Positions 34,314-45,184 of a DNA stretch of 64,000 nt are shown in pieces; position 1 is the first letter of the stretch, and each line of letters starts with the position of its first letter. The DNA comes from Rhynchopus sp. YZ270_cl-10 (lineage: Eukaryota), in contig OZ037845.1 of NCBI GenBank assembly GCA_964035575.1, forward strand, positions 744,001 through 808,000, in the 5' to 3' direction. The translations under genes were made by a program, and so were the position numbers. The notes beneath the pieces are model-generated. The model worked only from the letters and a program-made list of their open reading frames with translations, did no database searches and was not told the origin of the DNA.

Positions 34314-35700
34314 AATTTTATGCAAAAGGTGCCTGATGTGTGTGTGGAGAGAAGGGGTTTGGGATCAAGGGTTCAGGGGTTGAGAACAACGATGCTCGCA
34401 ATGTTCTCAGGAGGGTGGACGATGGTCTGCGGCATTGTGTGTGCAACACAACAGAAATGAGTCAAAAGGTAGGGTGGGTACGTGCAGAAAGGGGTTAAGA
34501 TTCGTTCAAGCGACTAAGGGTTAGTCAAAAAAAGTGAGGGTTAAAGTGAAGGTAATTCCCAAGCAGACAGAACATAGGGATTTGTAGGGAAGGGGGTAGG
34601 GTAAAAACAACAACAAGTCAGCGTGACGCTTACTTCCATTTGTTTCTTTTCCCATTGGTAAACAATTTAGTGATGCTAAAAGAAATGAAAGAAAAGAAAA
34701 CTAGAAAGATGACTGTGCCTCTCGTGCACACATCGTACTTAGAACAAAAAAACGTAGTGAAAATACTATCAAAACAATATCGGTACCGAATCTTCAAGAA
34801 GGAAAAAATGGGGGGTTTTTGTTTCAAAGTTTTTTGAAAACCTCGAGAATTTGGGTCAGCCCTTTTCAAGATTTTCAAGACTTTTGACAATTTGTACTTG
34901 ACGCCGACTATTGCCTGAGTATCCACCTTGGTGGAGACGGAGGCAATTGACGACGCAACAAAACACAAATTGCCACGGTCTTGATCAAGATGGGGGAGAT
35001 TGGTGGCCAGGAAACGGATGTTATTCTTGAAGATCTTTTCTGCACCTAACAGAAAGGAGAAAATGATAAAAAGGAGTGAAGCTTGTCTCTTCGAACGACG
35101 ACACCGACAACAGCATCGAGCTGAGGTGGGCACTTCGTTGATCAAACAAGGTGTCAAGGGGAGGGTGTGGGGATGGGTGGGGTGTGTGCAAATATCAGGT
35201 AAAAGAAACAAAAGTTGTGGCAAGCGCAAACACGGCTCAACCAAGCGACACCGATTCTGTGGCGGTTGTCAAGCACACAGCACTTCTTGAGTGGCATTCA
35301 TTACAAATAGGCATTGCCGACAATATAGTGGGAACCACGAACAACATTGATTGGAAATACAACACGGAACTGGCCCCGTCCATTCACAATTCTCGTGACG
35401 ACTGTGGTGTCATCTGAAGACCTTTGTGTTCCGCTTGCAATTCAATGTGTTGTGGGGGGTAAGAAAAACAAAACCAAGTGAATCTGACGCAACACTCCAC
35501 GTCACTCAGGGGAAAAGTCTAGCCTTCTATTTACGTGGTGTTCTCTTGGAAATACAGTGTCTCCAGGACAGGAAGGAGTACACCGCACAGTTGGTCATGA
35601 CAAAGCAAAGCGAGCAGGAGGACAGGAGGACACATGCAGATGAGACACTGCATGCAACCACGTGCTCTGCTGACCCAAAGAGAAGAAAGGGAAACTGTCT

Positions 35701-36660
35701 TCAAGACATGATGAGTGCAATCAGAAAACAAGGGAAAAGGATTGCCAGGTAGTTTGGAAGGTTCAAACTCCCAGCGCCGTTCTCCTCATCAGGTCCTCCG
35801 GCAGGGATGTAAGTTGCCAAAGATGGCGCATCTGTGGTGTCCACATCCACACACTCGTAGCTAAACTCAAGTGAATCAGCCCCGCTTGAACCGCTTTCCA
35901 ACTGCACAAAGACCGTCCCTCTCATCGTAGCACGGTCGACACGGAAGCGGCTCTCCGTGAATTTCAACGTCAATCTGTAGTCTGTGCCGTTGAGTGAGGA
36001 GTACAATGCCACGGAAGCTGTGTCGTACAAATCCATGACTGCAAAACTGATCACATTCTTGTTCTCGCACTCAATGCGCCAGCACTCCGTGTGGTTGCTC
36101 GCAAAGCTCGCCTGTCCAGCATTGTGGCCCACTTCGTTGCAAGAGTGCGGCACATCAGGCACAGCTGGCACGTCTGTGGGTGGTGCTGGGCTTGTCGCAT
36201 CCACACACATGTAGTTGATGTCAAGCACTGAATCGTCTCTGATGTGGCTGCCTCTGAACTGCACAAAAACCTGACCACTCAACACAATGTCAACATCTTC
36301 GAGGGAGGAACCCTGGAACAGGCTTCTCGCCACCCTGAAGTCTGTGCCAGTCAGTGTGTACAGCCGTGCAGTGGAGAGGTAGGACTCTGCGTTGGCCGAA
36401 AACCTGATCACCACATCCTTGTCGCACGCAATGTTGTAGCACTCAGAGTAAAACCCTCCTCTGTTCGAAAAGCTCACGTTCCCAGCACTGTCGTTCAGGT
36501 CGGTCTGTTCGTTGCAGACATCAAACACACCTGGTGGGAGGGTGGCTGGCACGTCGGTAGGTGGTGCTGGGGTGGTTGCATCCACATTGTGGTCAAAGCC
36601 AAACGACGCACAGAACAGCACTGCAATGCATGCACGCGCGAGCAACGTTGTGGGCTTCAT
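35701..36660 (-). CDS. CUB-like GPI surface protein, copy 4 (319 aa)
   Basis: Paralog. Confidence 0.85.
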   Translation of the reverse strand: MKPTTLLARACIAVLFCASFGFDHNVDATTPAPPTDVPATLPPGVFDVCNEQTDLNDSAGNVSFSNRGGFYSECYNIACDKDVVIRFSANAESYLSTARLYTLTGTDFRVARSLFQGSSLEDVDIVLSGQVFVQFRGSHIRDDSVLDINYMCVDATSPAPPTDVPAVPDVPHSCNEVGHNAGQASFASNHTECWRIECENKNVISFAVMDLYDTASVALYSSLNGTDYRLTLKFTESRFRVDRATMRGTVFVQLESGSSGADSLEFSYECVDVDTTDAPSLATYIPAGGPDEENGAGSLNLPNYLAILFPCFLIALIMS

Positions 36661-38047
36661 AATTTTATGCAAAAGGTGCCTGATGTGTGTGTGGAGAGAA
36701 GGGGTTTGGGATCAAGGGTTCAGGGGTTGAGAACAACGATGCTCGCAATGTTCTCAGGAGGGTGGACGATGGTCTGCGGCATTGTGTGTGCAACACAACA
36801 GAAATGAGTCAAAAGGTAGGGTGGGTACGTGCAGAAAGGGGTTAAGATTCGTTCAAGCGACTAAGGGTTAGTCAAAAAAAGTGAGGGTTAAAGTGAAGGT
36901 AATTCCCAAGCAGACAGAACATAGGGATTTGTAGGGAAGGGGGTAGGGTAAAAACAACAACAAGTCAGCGTGACGCTTACTTCCATTTGTTTCTTTTCCC
37001 ATTGGTAAACAATTTAGTGATGCTAAAAGAAATGAAAGAAAAGAAAACTAGAAAGATGACTGTGCCTCTCGTGCACACATCGTACTTAGAACAAAAAAAC
37101 GTAGTGAAAATACTATCAAAACAATATCGGTACCGAATCTTCAAGAAGGAAAAAATGGGGGGTTTTTGTTTCAAAGTTTTTTGAAAACCTCGAGAATTTG
37201 GGTCAGCCCTTTTCAAGATTTTCAAGACTTTTGACAATTTGTACTTGACGCCGACTATTGCCTGAGTATCCACCTTGGTGGAGACGGAGGCAATTGACGA
37301 CGCAACAAAACACAAATTGCCACGGTCTTGATCAAGATGGGGGAGATTGGTGGCCAGGAAACGGATGTTATTCTTGAAGATCTTTTCTGCACCTAACAGA
37401 AAGGAGAAAATGATAAAAAGGAGTGAAGCTTGTCTCTTCGAACGACGACACCGACAACAGCATCGAGCTGAGGTGGGCACTTCGTTGATCAAACAAGGTG
37501 TCAAGGGGAGGGTGTGGGGATGGGTGGGGTGTGTGCAAATATCAGGTAAAAGAAACAAAAGTTGTGGCAAGCGCAAACACGGCTCAACCAAGCGACACCG
37601 ATTCTGTGGCGGTTGTCAAGCACACAGCACTTCTTGAGTGGCATTCATTACAAATAGGCATTGCCGACAATATAGTGGGAACCACGAACAACATTGATTG
37701 GAAATACAACACGGAACTGGCCCCGTCCATTCACAATTCTCGTGACGACTGTGGTGTCATCTGAAGACCTTTGTGTTCCGCTTGCAATTCAATGTGTTGT
37801 GGGGGGTAAGAAAAACAAAACCAAGTGAATCTGACGCAACACTCCACGTCACTCAGGGGAAAAGTCTAGCCTTCTATTTACGTGGTGTTCTCTTGGAAAT
37901 ACAGTGTCTCCAGGACAGGAAGGAGTACACCGCACAGTTGGTCATGACAAAGCAAAGCGAGCAGGAGGACAGGAGGACACATGCAGATGAGACACTGCAT
38001 GCAACCACGTGCTCTGCTGACCCAAAGAGAAGAAAGGGAAACTGTCT

Positions 38048-39007
38048 TCAAGACATGATGAGTGCAATCAGAAAACAAGGGAAAAGGATTGCCAGGTAGT
38101 TTGGAAGGTTCAAACTCCCAGCGCCGTTCTCCTCATCAGGTCCTCCGGCAGGGATGTAAGTTGCCAAAGATGGCGCATCTGTGGTGTCCACATCCACACA
38201 CTCGTAGCTAAACTCAAGTGAATCAGCCCCGCTTGAACCGCTTTCCAACTGCACAAAGACCGTCCCTCTCATCGTAGCACGGTCGACACGGAAGCGGCTC
38301 TCCGTGAATTTCAACGTCAATCTGTAGTCTGTGCCGTTGAGTGAGGAGTACAATGCCACGGAAGCTGTGTCGTACAAATCCATGACTGCAAAACTGATCA
38401 CATTCTTGTTCTCGCACTCAATGCGCCAGCACTCCGTGTGGTTGCTCGCAAAGCTCGCCTGTCCAGCATTGTGGCCCACTTCGTTGCAAGAGTGCGGCAC
38501 ATCAGGCACAGCTGGCACGTCTGTGGGTGGTGCTGGGCTTGTCGCATCCACACACATGTAGTTGATGTCAAGCACTGAATCGTCTCTGATGTGGCTGCCT
38601 CTGAACTGCACAAAAACCTGACCACTCAACACAATGTCAACATCTTCGAGGGAGGAACCCTGGAACAGGCTTCTCGCCACCCTGAAGTCTGTGCCAGTCA
38701 GTGTGTACAGCCGTGCAGTGGAGAGGTAGGACTCTGCGTTGGCCGAAAACCTGATCACCACATCCTTGTCGCACGCAATGTTGTAGCACTCAGAGTAAAA
38801 CCCTCCTCTGTTCGAAAAGCTCACGTTCCCAGCACTGTCGTTCAGGTCGGTCTGTTCGTTGCAGACATCAAACACACCTGGTGGGAGGGTGGCTGGCACG
38901 TCGGTAGGTGGTGCTGGGGTGGTTGCATCCACATTGTGGTCAAAGCCAAACGACGCACAGAACAGCACTGCAATGCATGCACGCGCGAGCAACGTTGTGG
39001 GCTTCAT
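38048..39007 (-). CDS. CUB-like GPI surface protein, copy 5 (319 aa)
   Basis: Translation identical to copy 4. Confidence 0.85.
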   Translation of the reverse strand: MKPTTLLARACIAVLFCASFGFDHNVDATTPAPPTDVPATLPPGVFDVCNEQTDLNDSAGNVSFSNRGGFYSECYNIACDKDVVIRFSANAESYLSTARLYTLTGTDFRVARSLFQGSSLEDVDIVLSGQVFVQFRGSHIRDDSVLDINYMCVDATSPAPPTDVPAVPDVPHSCNEVGHNAGQASFASNHTECWRIECENKNVISFAVMDLYDTASVALYSSLNGTDYRLTLKFTESRFRVDRATMRGTVFVQLESGSSGADSLEFSYECVDVDTTDAPSLATYIPAGGPDEENGAGSLNLPNYLAILFPCFLIALIMS

Positions 39008-39314
39008 AATTTTATGCAAAAGGTGCCTGATGTGTGTGTGGAGAGAAGGGGTTTGGGATCAAGGGTTCAGGGGTTGAGAACAACGATGCTCGCAATGTTC
39101 TCAGGAGGGTGGACGATGGTCTGCGGCATTGTGTGTGCAACACAACAGAAATGGGACAAAAGGTAGGGTGGGTACGTGCAGAGGGGTTAAGATTCGTTCA
39201 AGCGATTAAGGGTTAGTCAAAAAAAGGGAATATTAGTGCAAACTGCACAGACACACACCGTGGGGTTATCGAATCGGTGTTGCAAAAAACAAAAAAATAC
39301 AAAAATATTTTTGT

Positions 39315-39348
39315 AAGATGAACCTAAGCTTCGGTGCTTAGTCAGCTT
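39315..39348 (-). other. Dispersed hairpin element, subfamily A (also 42922, 43214, 44112, 44425, 53680, 54990, 63599)
   Basis: Plus-strand consensus AAGATGAmCCTAAGCCTCTCGTGCTTAGTCACC. The CTAAGC/GCTTAG stem is intact at 39315, 42922 and 53680; the other copies are degenerate. Confidence 0.75.
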
Positions 39349-39967
39349 GAAAAAAAAAGCAAGACTACCAGGAATATTGTACATATTGTCTTGGTCACTG
39401 CACTGCGCGCAGTATGAGAGATTTAGTATCTACTGAAACCACGAAAGTAAGCAAAGAAAATAGCAAAAAATAATCCCTACCCCCCCAGGAAGCATTGTAC
39501 TTTAAAGTATTTGCTTTCAAAAAAAAGAGGCAAAATAAGAGAGGAAACAGCTCAGATCTCAAAAAGGGTTTCATTTTTTAAAAATCATCAATTCTGTGCG
39601 AACGACAACCGCGTTTTTTGATATATTTCCCCCTTTTTTTAAAACTGAAAACGATGTTTCCTTCTCACCAAAATAGGCAAATATAATCCTATCGGAGAAA
39701 CGACAGTTACTACTACAGCCCTACCAGAGTGGCCAGCAGATTTTTTTTGTGGAACCAAAAAATCCCCCTCAAGAAATGCTGCGTTGCAGAAACCTACTCC
39801 ACCTTCGTCCCTCAATATTCTCCATTTGAATATTCAGTACTACAATCAAAGTGAAGTTGATAGTGCAAACGCCTACAACCAAAAGAATCTGCACATCACC
39901 TACCCACACCTCCTCCTCTCCCTTCAGAGCTTCTCCCTCACGACCCGCCACAGCAGAGAATAAGACT

Positions 39968-40030
39968 CGGGGACCCGGGACCAGGACCAGGAACCTTGAC
40001 CAGGACTGGGACCCAGGGACCGGGGACCCG
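39968..40030. repeat. Low-complexity GGACC-type minisatellite
   Basis: CGGGGACCCGGGACCAGGACCAGGAACC...GGGACCCAGGGACCGGGGACCCGG. Confidence 0.7.
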
Positions 40031-40238
40031 GCTTATTCTCTGCTGTGCCCCCCGCCAAGCCTCATAATGCATTCCAGAAACCATAACGCTTGCATAACAC
40101 CTATCCCCTCCTGGACAAAAAATGCACTCCCCGGAATTGGCCGCTTTTCCAGAGAATATTTTATAAGCGGTGCTCCTGACGACCCCATATTGCGTAGTTG
40201 TTTGGTATTTCGGAGTTCTGGGGTAATAAGATCTTTTT

Positions 40239-40865
40239 TTAGACAGCCATTGGTTCGTTGGCGCGGTAAGGGTTTGGTGGCATAGGTGGTTGAGGGACTA
40301 AGGGTGTGCGGTTGTTTGCGTAGTAGATATTGGGGTCGGCTGCCTGGCGGCGTTCTCTGGATTGGGTCATTTGGGTCCAGCAGGGGAGGAGAAAGCAGCA
40401 GAGCCATGCGGGGATGCAGCATTCGTCAACACAACAGAGACATTCGACCCATTTACACATAGCGTCGACCATGAGACAGGGCAGGCAGCAGCACAGCATG
40501 TTTAATACAAAGTTTATCGCCATCATAAGCAAACAAAACAGAATCAACACCTGAATCTCATAAGGCACGCAATACCCTTGATAACATATGGGCTCGGTTC
40601 CGTGCTGGGTCTGATAAGGGGTTTAAATTTTTTTTGCAGAAATTTCATTAAGAAGGTGTCAAAAACGCTGGAAAAAAAGAGAAAAAAGAAAAATCAGTTT
40701 CGGTCTGAGGGGGGTCGGTTTAGATTGTAGGTTGGAGACTGTTCTTAAAAGGGGTGGGATAATGTTAAGTTTTGACAAAAAAGATGTCAGAATCGAAGGG
40801 AAAAGGAAGCATACCAATAAGTCCCAGTCCAGTGGGCCTGCTGCAGACATATAGAGCAGAGGCAT
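40239..40865 (-). CDS. Small Cys-rich membrane protein (~140 aa), probable join(40239..40610,40815..40865)
   Basis: A phase-0 GTATGC...ATCAG intron (40611-40814) joins MPLLYMSAAGPLDWDLL to TQHGTEPICYQGYCVPYEIQ. A hydrophobic segment is followed by CCC/CC clusters and a Pro-rich tail. Confidence 0.6.
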
Positions 40866-40975
40866 TTTTCGGGGTTTTTTCCCTTTTCTTTGCAACAGAT
40901 TTGCAAAGATGTGTCGTGGAATAACCTTGAGGGGGTGGATGTGGAGAGATGGAGGGATGGGAGGGGGGGTTAATG

Positions 40976-41011
<36 letters not shown>
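40976..41011 (-). promoter_or_regulatory. Long poly(T) tract on the coding strand upstream of the small Cys-rich gene; candidate trans-splicing polypyrimidine tract
   Basis: A ~36-nt A-run on the plus strand lies ~110 nt upstream of ATG 40865, within pyrimidine-rich minus-strand sequence. The function is inferred. Confidence 0.45.
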
Positions 41012-41013
<2 letters not shown>

Positions 41014-44000
41014 GTTGAAACCAAAAACCCAAAAAATGGTTGGTAGCCTCTATATTGCTTTGGCTTTGGGTTGTGTTTTTTTTGCTGAAAAAAGCATTAT
41101 AGTTTGGAGAGATGGGGAATTTGAAAATGTTTTTGAATGTTTTGAAAGTGCTTTTGTGTCCTTGTTTAATTTTGCTTGATAGTTTTGTAGACGTGGGGTT
41201 GGAGAGGAAGGGCGCGTTTGTATGAGATTACGACTTATCCTCTTTCTCAGCCACTGTCAAATATCTTTGAAAGATGGGGGATTGGAGAGTATTAGCGTTG
41301 TAAACCTGAGAGGGGAAACCTTTGTTTTTCATTTTTTTTAAAATGCGTTTTTGACTTTTTTTTTGTGTCTGCTCGACACTATTGACAACATGTTGAGTCG
41401 TAACGTATCCTCTTTGTTTTGCTCCCCAAGGGGGGAGAGGAAAGCTTTCTTCGCTTTTTTTTCGATTCTGTTTTTTTTCTTTTGAAAAACAAGAGAGTAG
41501 CGTAGCCACCCGAAGATGAGCTTCACTATATGGGTCCGTCCGGAAACCCTCCTGGTAAGATTCATCCTTTTGGGGGTTTTTTGAGGTTTTTCTGCTCAAA
41601 ACACCCAAACAACCCAATTTTTTGATACCCACCATACACCTACCACCCCAGAGGGCATATTGTGATCATTTATTTTTGTTTATTTCCGCTCCCCCCCTTT
41701 TTACTTATATTTTTTTACGTATTTTTGGACATTTCATAAACGTGGCAATGACAGCAGTGAAGTTCACTTTTTTTGTCGAGAAACACGGTAAGAATGGGTG
41801 CGACGCACACTTGGTGTCGTTTCGAACCATCTCTCTGATGATTCTTGTTGTCAGGAGATCCTTACCGTAGGGGTCATTGTCGGTGCCCTGCGCGAGCTTC
41901 CCCACACAGAGGCCTTTGTTATCTCATTCCCTCGTACTCATATGTATCAGTGCACCGTTCTTTCCATCAATCTCTTTTCGTCTGTGTACTGCTACTCGAG
42001 CAACGGTCGTGTCATTTCAGCGTGTACTCTGACATGGAGGGAACCTGTATTTACTATGGAGTCTCCACATCCAAGGTGACCCGCAAAGCAAAAGTCCCTG
42101 GAATTGATCCAGTAGATTTGACAGAGGGCAATGAAACCTTGTCAAGGCAGCATGAAAGGGTTAAGAGAAAGAGAGAAGAGATCCAGAAGAACGACAATAA
42201 AAGGCTGAAAATCTGATTAAAAAAGCGAAAATATAGCCTCAGACCCCAAAAACCTATTTTCATATCAGAATATCACCTAGATGCACTTTTTGTGGGGGAC
42301 ATCATCAAAAAAACCCAAAAATACCCAAAAGGATGAATCTTACCAGAGGGGTTTCCGGACGAGTCCATATATTTTTTTTGAACTTTTTTTGTACGAACCA
42401 ACAGGGAATGGATGGGGGAAATGAATTCACACTTTTTGAAAAAGAAAAAAAACTTTCGAGATTCTATTTGTTTTGAAGGGATAAAAAAAAATGTCACTGT
42501 CATCCTGGAAGGAACTGGGGGGAATCGGACGATATCAGGGACACTAAATTCTAAGATTTTTATCAGAAGGGGGAGAACTGAATCATGGGATATTAAAAAA
42601 AAGACCAAGGTTGGTCACAACGACCTAAGCCGGTCTCTAAGGCATCTTAACAAAATGAAGTTTTTTTTTCCAAAACTGGCTGTGAAAAAACCACAGAAAA
42701 GATGCAATCATAGATAAAAAGGGAAATTGACTACGTTTGGTGCCTCAGCAATGTCTCTGTGGACTCTCTGACACCAAAATAAACGCAAGACACGACTAAA
42801 CCTCCTTCGTTTGGATTAGTCACTAAAAAAAGGGGGATTCTGGGGGAAGCTTGAAAAGATGAATGTGCCTCTCGTGCACACACATCTTTAAAAATTGGAA
42901 GAAGAAGAAAAAAGAGTTTATAAGATGACCCTAAGCCTCTCGTGCTTAGTCACCAAAAAAAAAAGAGCACAAATTGAGATATGTACCGTTTGCTGTGACA
43001 CAAAGAGAAGTAACGCACCCCAACCTACCCCACCCCAAATGTACGAAGCTTGCAGAGCTTTTGGAACAACTACGTTTTTTTTGTTTTTGACAAATGTTAC
43101 TTTTTTGAAAATACTTTATTTTCGTTGAATGGAAGGGAAATCGTTTATATGAAAGGACGTCTATGTAAAACCAGATAACAACACAAAAGAACAGAAAAAA
43201 AAAATAAACTGGTAAGATGAAGCTAAGCCGTTCTGCTTGCCGTATATCTAACCCAAAGATGATTACGATATTCTTTTCAATCGAAAGATGGAGTTACGTT
43301 TATCTAACCCAAAGCAAAAAAAAAAAGTGAAGTTAATGCTGACACCTCTGGGACGCAGGCACTGACATTCCGAAAAAAAAGGAGCTGATACTGAAAGGAC
43401 TGGAAAAAAACAAAGCATCCTTTAACAAAAGCACAACGTGCACCACAACAGTCTGTGACGAAGCCTGACGTTCATCGGCTTCTTGTCGGACCCTTGCTGG
43501 GTACATACAACGCATTCTATTACTGTGCGAGACCCAACCACACATAGAAGATAAAATAGTTGACGCATTTCGACGCATACATTCAATAAATTGATAGCAT
43601 AGGTAAGGGATCAAAAATGGTGTTGAAACGTGCTTAAAACGCATCTCAGTCGAGCTCATGCAAAAAAAAAAAAGTAAGGCAATTGGGTTTGTCGAACCCA
43701 TTTAAGGATCCAAATACACGAGAGAAAAAGACACGCAAAAAAAAAAAAAAAATATGCACACAGGCACAACCGTCCTGATTGGGTATGGGTGGGAATTGTC
43801 GTACGTAAACGATTCAAGGTGGCTATGTCATAGAACACTACGGGCATCTGCTGAACCTTAAAGAGCTTGCCAAACGAATCCTAACAAAATATGTCTACTT
43901 TCTCAAAAAAACAAAAACGACGGAATGTGGACAGAGCTGACAAAAGAGAGCAGCAAACTGAACACCTCCAACATTTTTTTTTCCCCCTATCAAAAACAAA

Positions 44001-45184
44001 AGGTTTGACCAGTGCTCTCGAGCTCCTCTACGAACGCAGAAATTTTCGAAATGAGGACTCTGGGGTTATCGAACCCCCCAGAATAAAAAGTGGGAAGGAG
44101 AATGTTTGGTAAAGATGAACCTAAGCCTCTCTTGTTGTCACCTTTTGGTTGTATTTCCCTATATTCGGGTATGTTTTTACTTTATTTTGATAGATTGAAC
44201 AAACGTGTGTGGGTATCACCACTGCCCCCCTGTGCTACCCGACCACCTCCAGCTTTGCCTTGAAACCTCTGTGGCCTAAGCCTTTGTTAACGCAATCCAA
44301 AGGATAGCGAACACAAAACAAAAAAAAAAGCATTGCGATCGACAAAGCTGGGTAAAGGGGTGATCTTCTTATAGGCAGAAGGGAAGGGTGTAAAGGAGAA
44401 AAAAATTGAAAAAAGAACAAATGTAAGATGAACCTAAGCCTCGCTGTGCGTCACTTTGACTATAATCGGGGTTTAAAAAAAAAAAAATAGAGAATTGGTG
44501 GAAAACGTCTCTTCGGACGTAATACATCAAAAACAGAGAGAAACGCGTTGCAAGACACGTAACACACGAATGGGGGGTGGGAAATGGTGGGAAAATGGAA
44601 ACAAAGCGGGATCATTCCAAGAGGGGAGGGAGGGGCGTAAAAGATGGATCACATTGTTTTGCAACGGCACAGAGCACACAAAAAAACCCCCCTTTGGGGA
44701 AAGGAAGGAGAAGAGATCAACACAAGGCAAGAAGGGAAACGGGTTGTCGAGGATATTGCTTTTTTCCACCTAAAATTATTAATACTCTGAAGGAAAAAAA
44801 AAAACAATGGAATGGCAACGTCTAGTTCACCAAACCTGTGTGATCACCATGTTTATTACGACCTGGTGGGTCTCTCCCCAAAGGACCGTTTTTGGCTATA
44901 GTTAGTTTATTTGCTATAATGTGTGCACTCAAATGTTACCCAAAAGGGCTAGGGTTTATTTTTGAAAAAATGATGCTAAAAATTGTGATCGTAAGCGATC
45001 GTAGTCACGATCAACATTGCCTCTATCGCAGTACAATTGTGAACGATCGTTACCATCTTGTGTTTTTTTGTAATCATTTTTTGGGGAAAGAATTCTAATT
45101 CTTGAAAGATACGACAAATTACGAAACCCGAACAAAACTATCATTGACCCCACGGTTCTGTGAACCCCCCAACCGCTCTGTTTC

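Larger units (their letters stand above)
27581..39226. repeat. Tandem array of 5 units of ~2.3-2.35 kb carrying the CUB-like surface protein gene
   Basis: Stop-codon spacings are 2350, 2334, 2344 and 2347 bp. The unit begins TCCCAAGCAGACAGAACATAGGG. Copies 4 and 5 encode identical proteins; the others are diverged. Confidence 0.95.

Noticed and set aside
39315..39348. Hairpin as a SECIS element, snoRNA, hammerhead or sarcin-ricin rRNA fragment
   Set aside because: Lacks the paired GA quartet, C/D or AGA boxes and the CUGANGA/GAAA core; the ACGAGAGG match to the sarcin-ricin loop is only 8 nt with no flanking rRNA similarity
41700..42220. Coding-like, less homopolymeric patch with several short ORFs on both strands
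   Set aside because: No long frame or recognisable motif; might be a decayed element but cannot be supported
43245..43315. Local direct repeat TATCTAACCCAAAG x2 with AAAGATG..TTACG x2
   Set aside because: Only two units; best explained as a small local duplication
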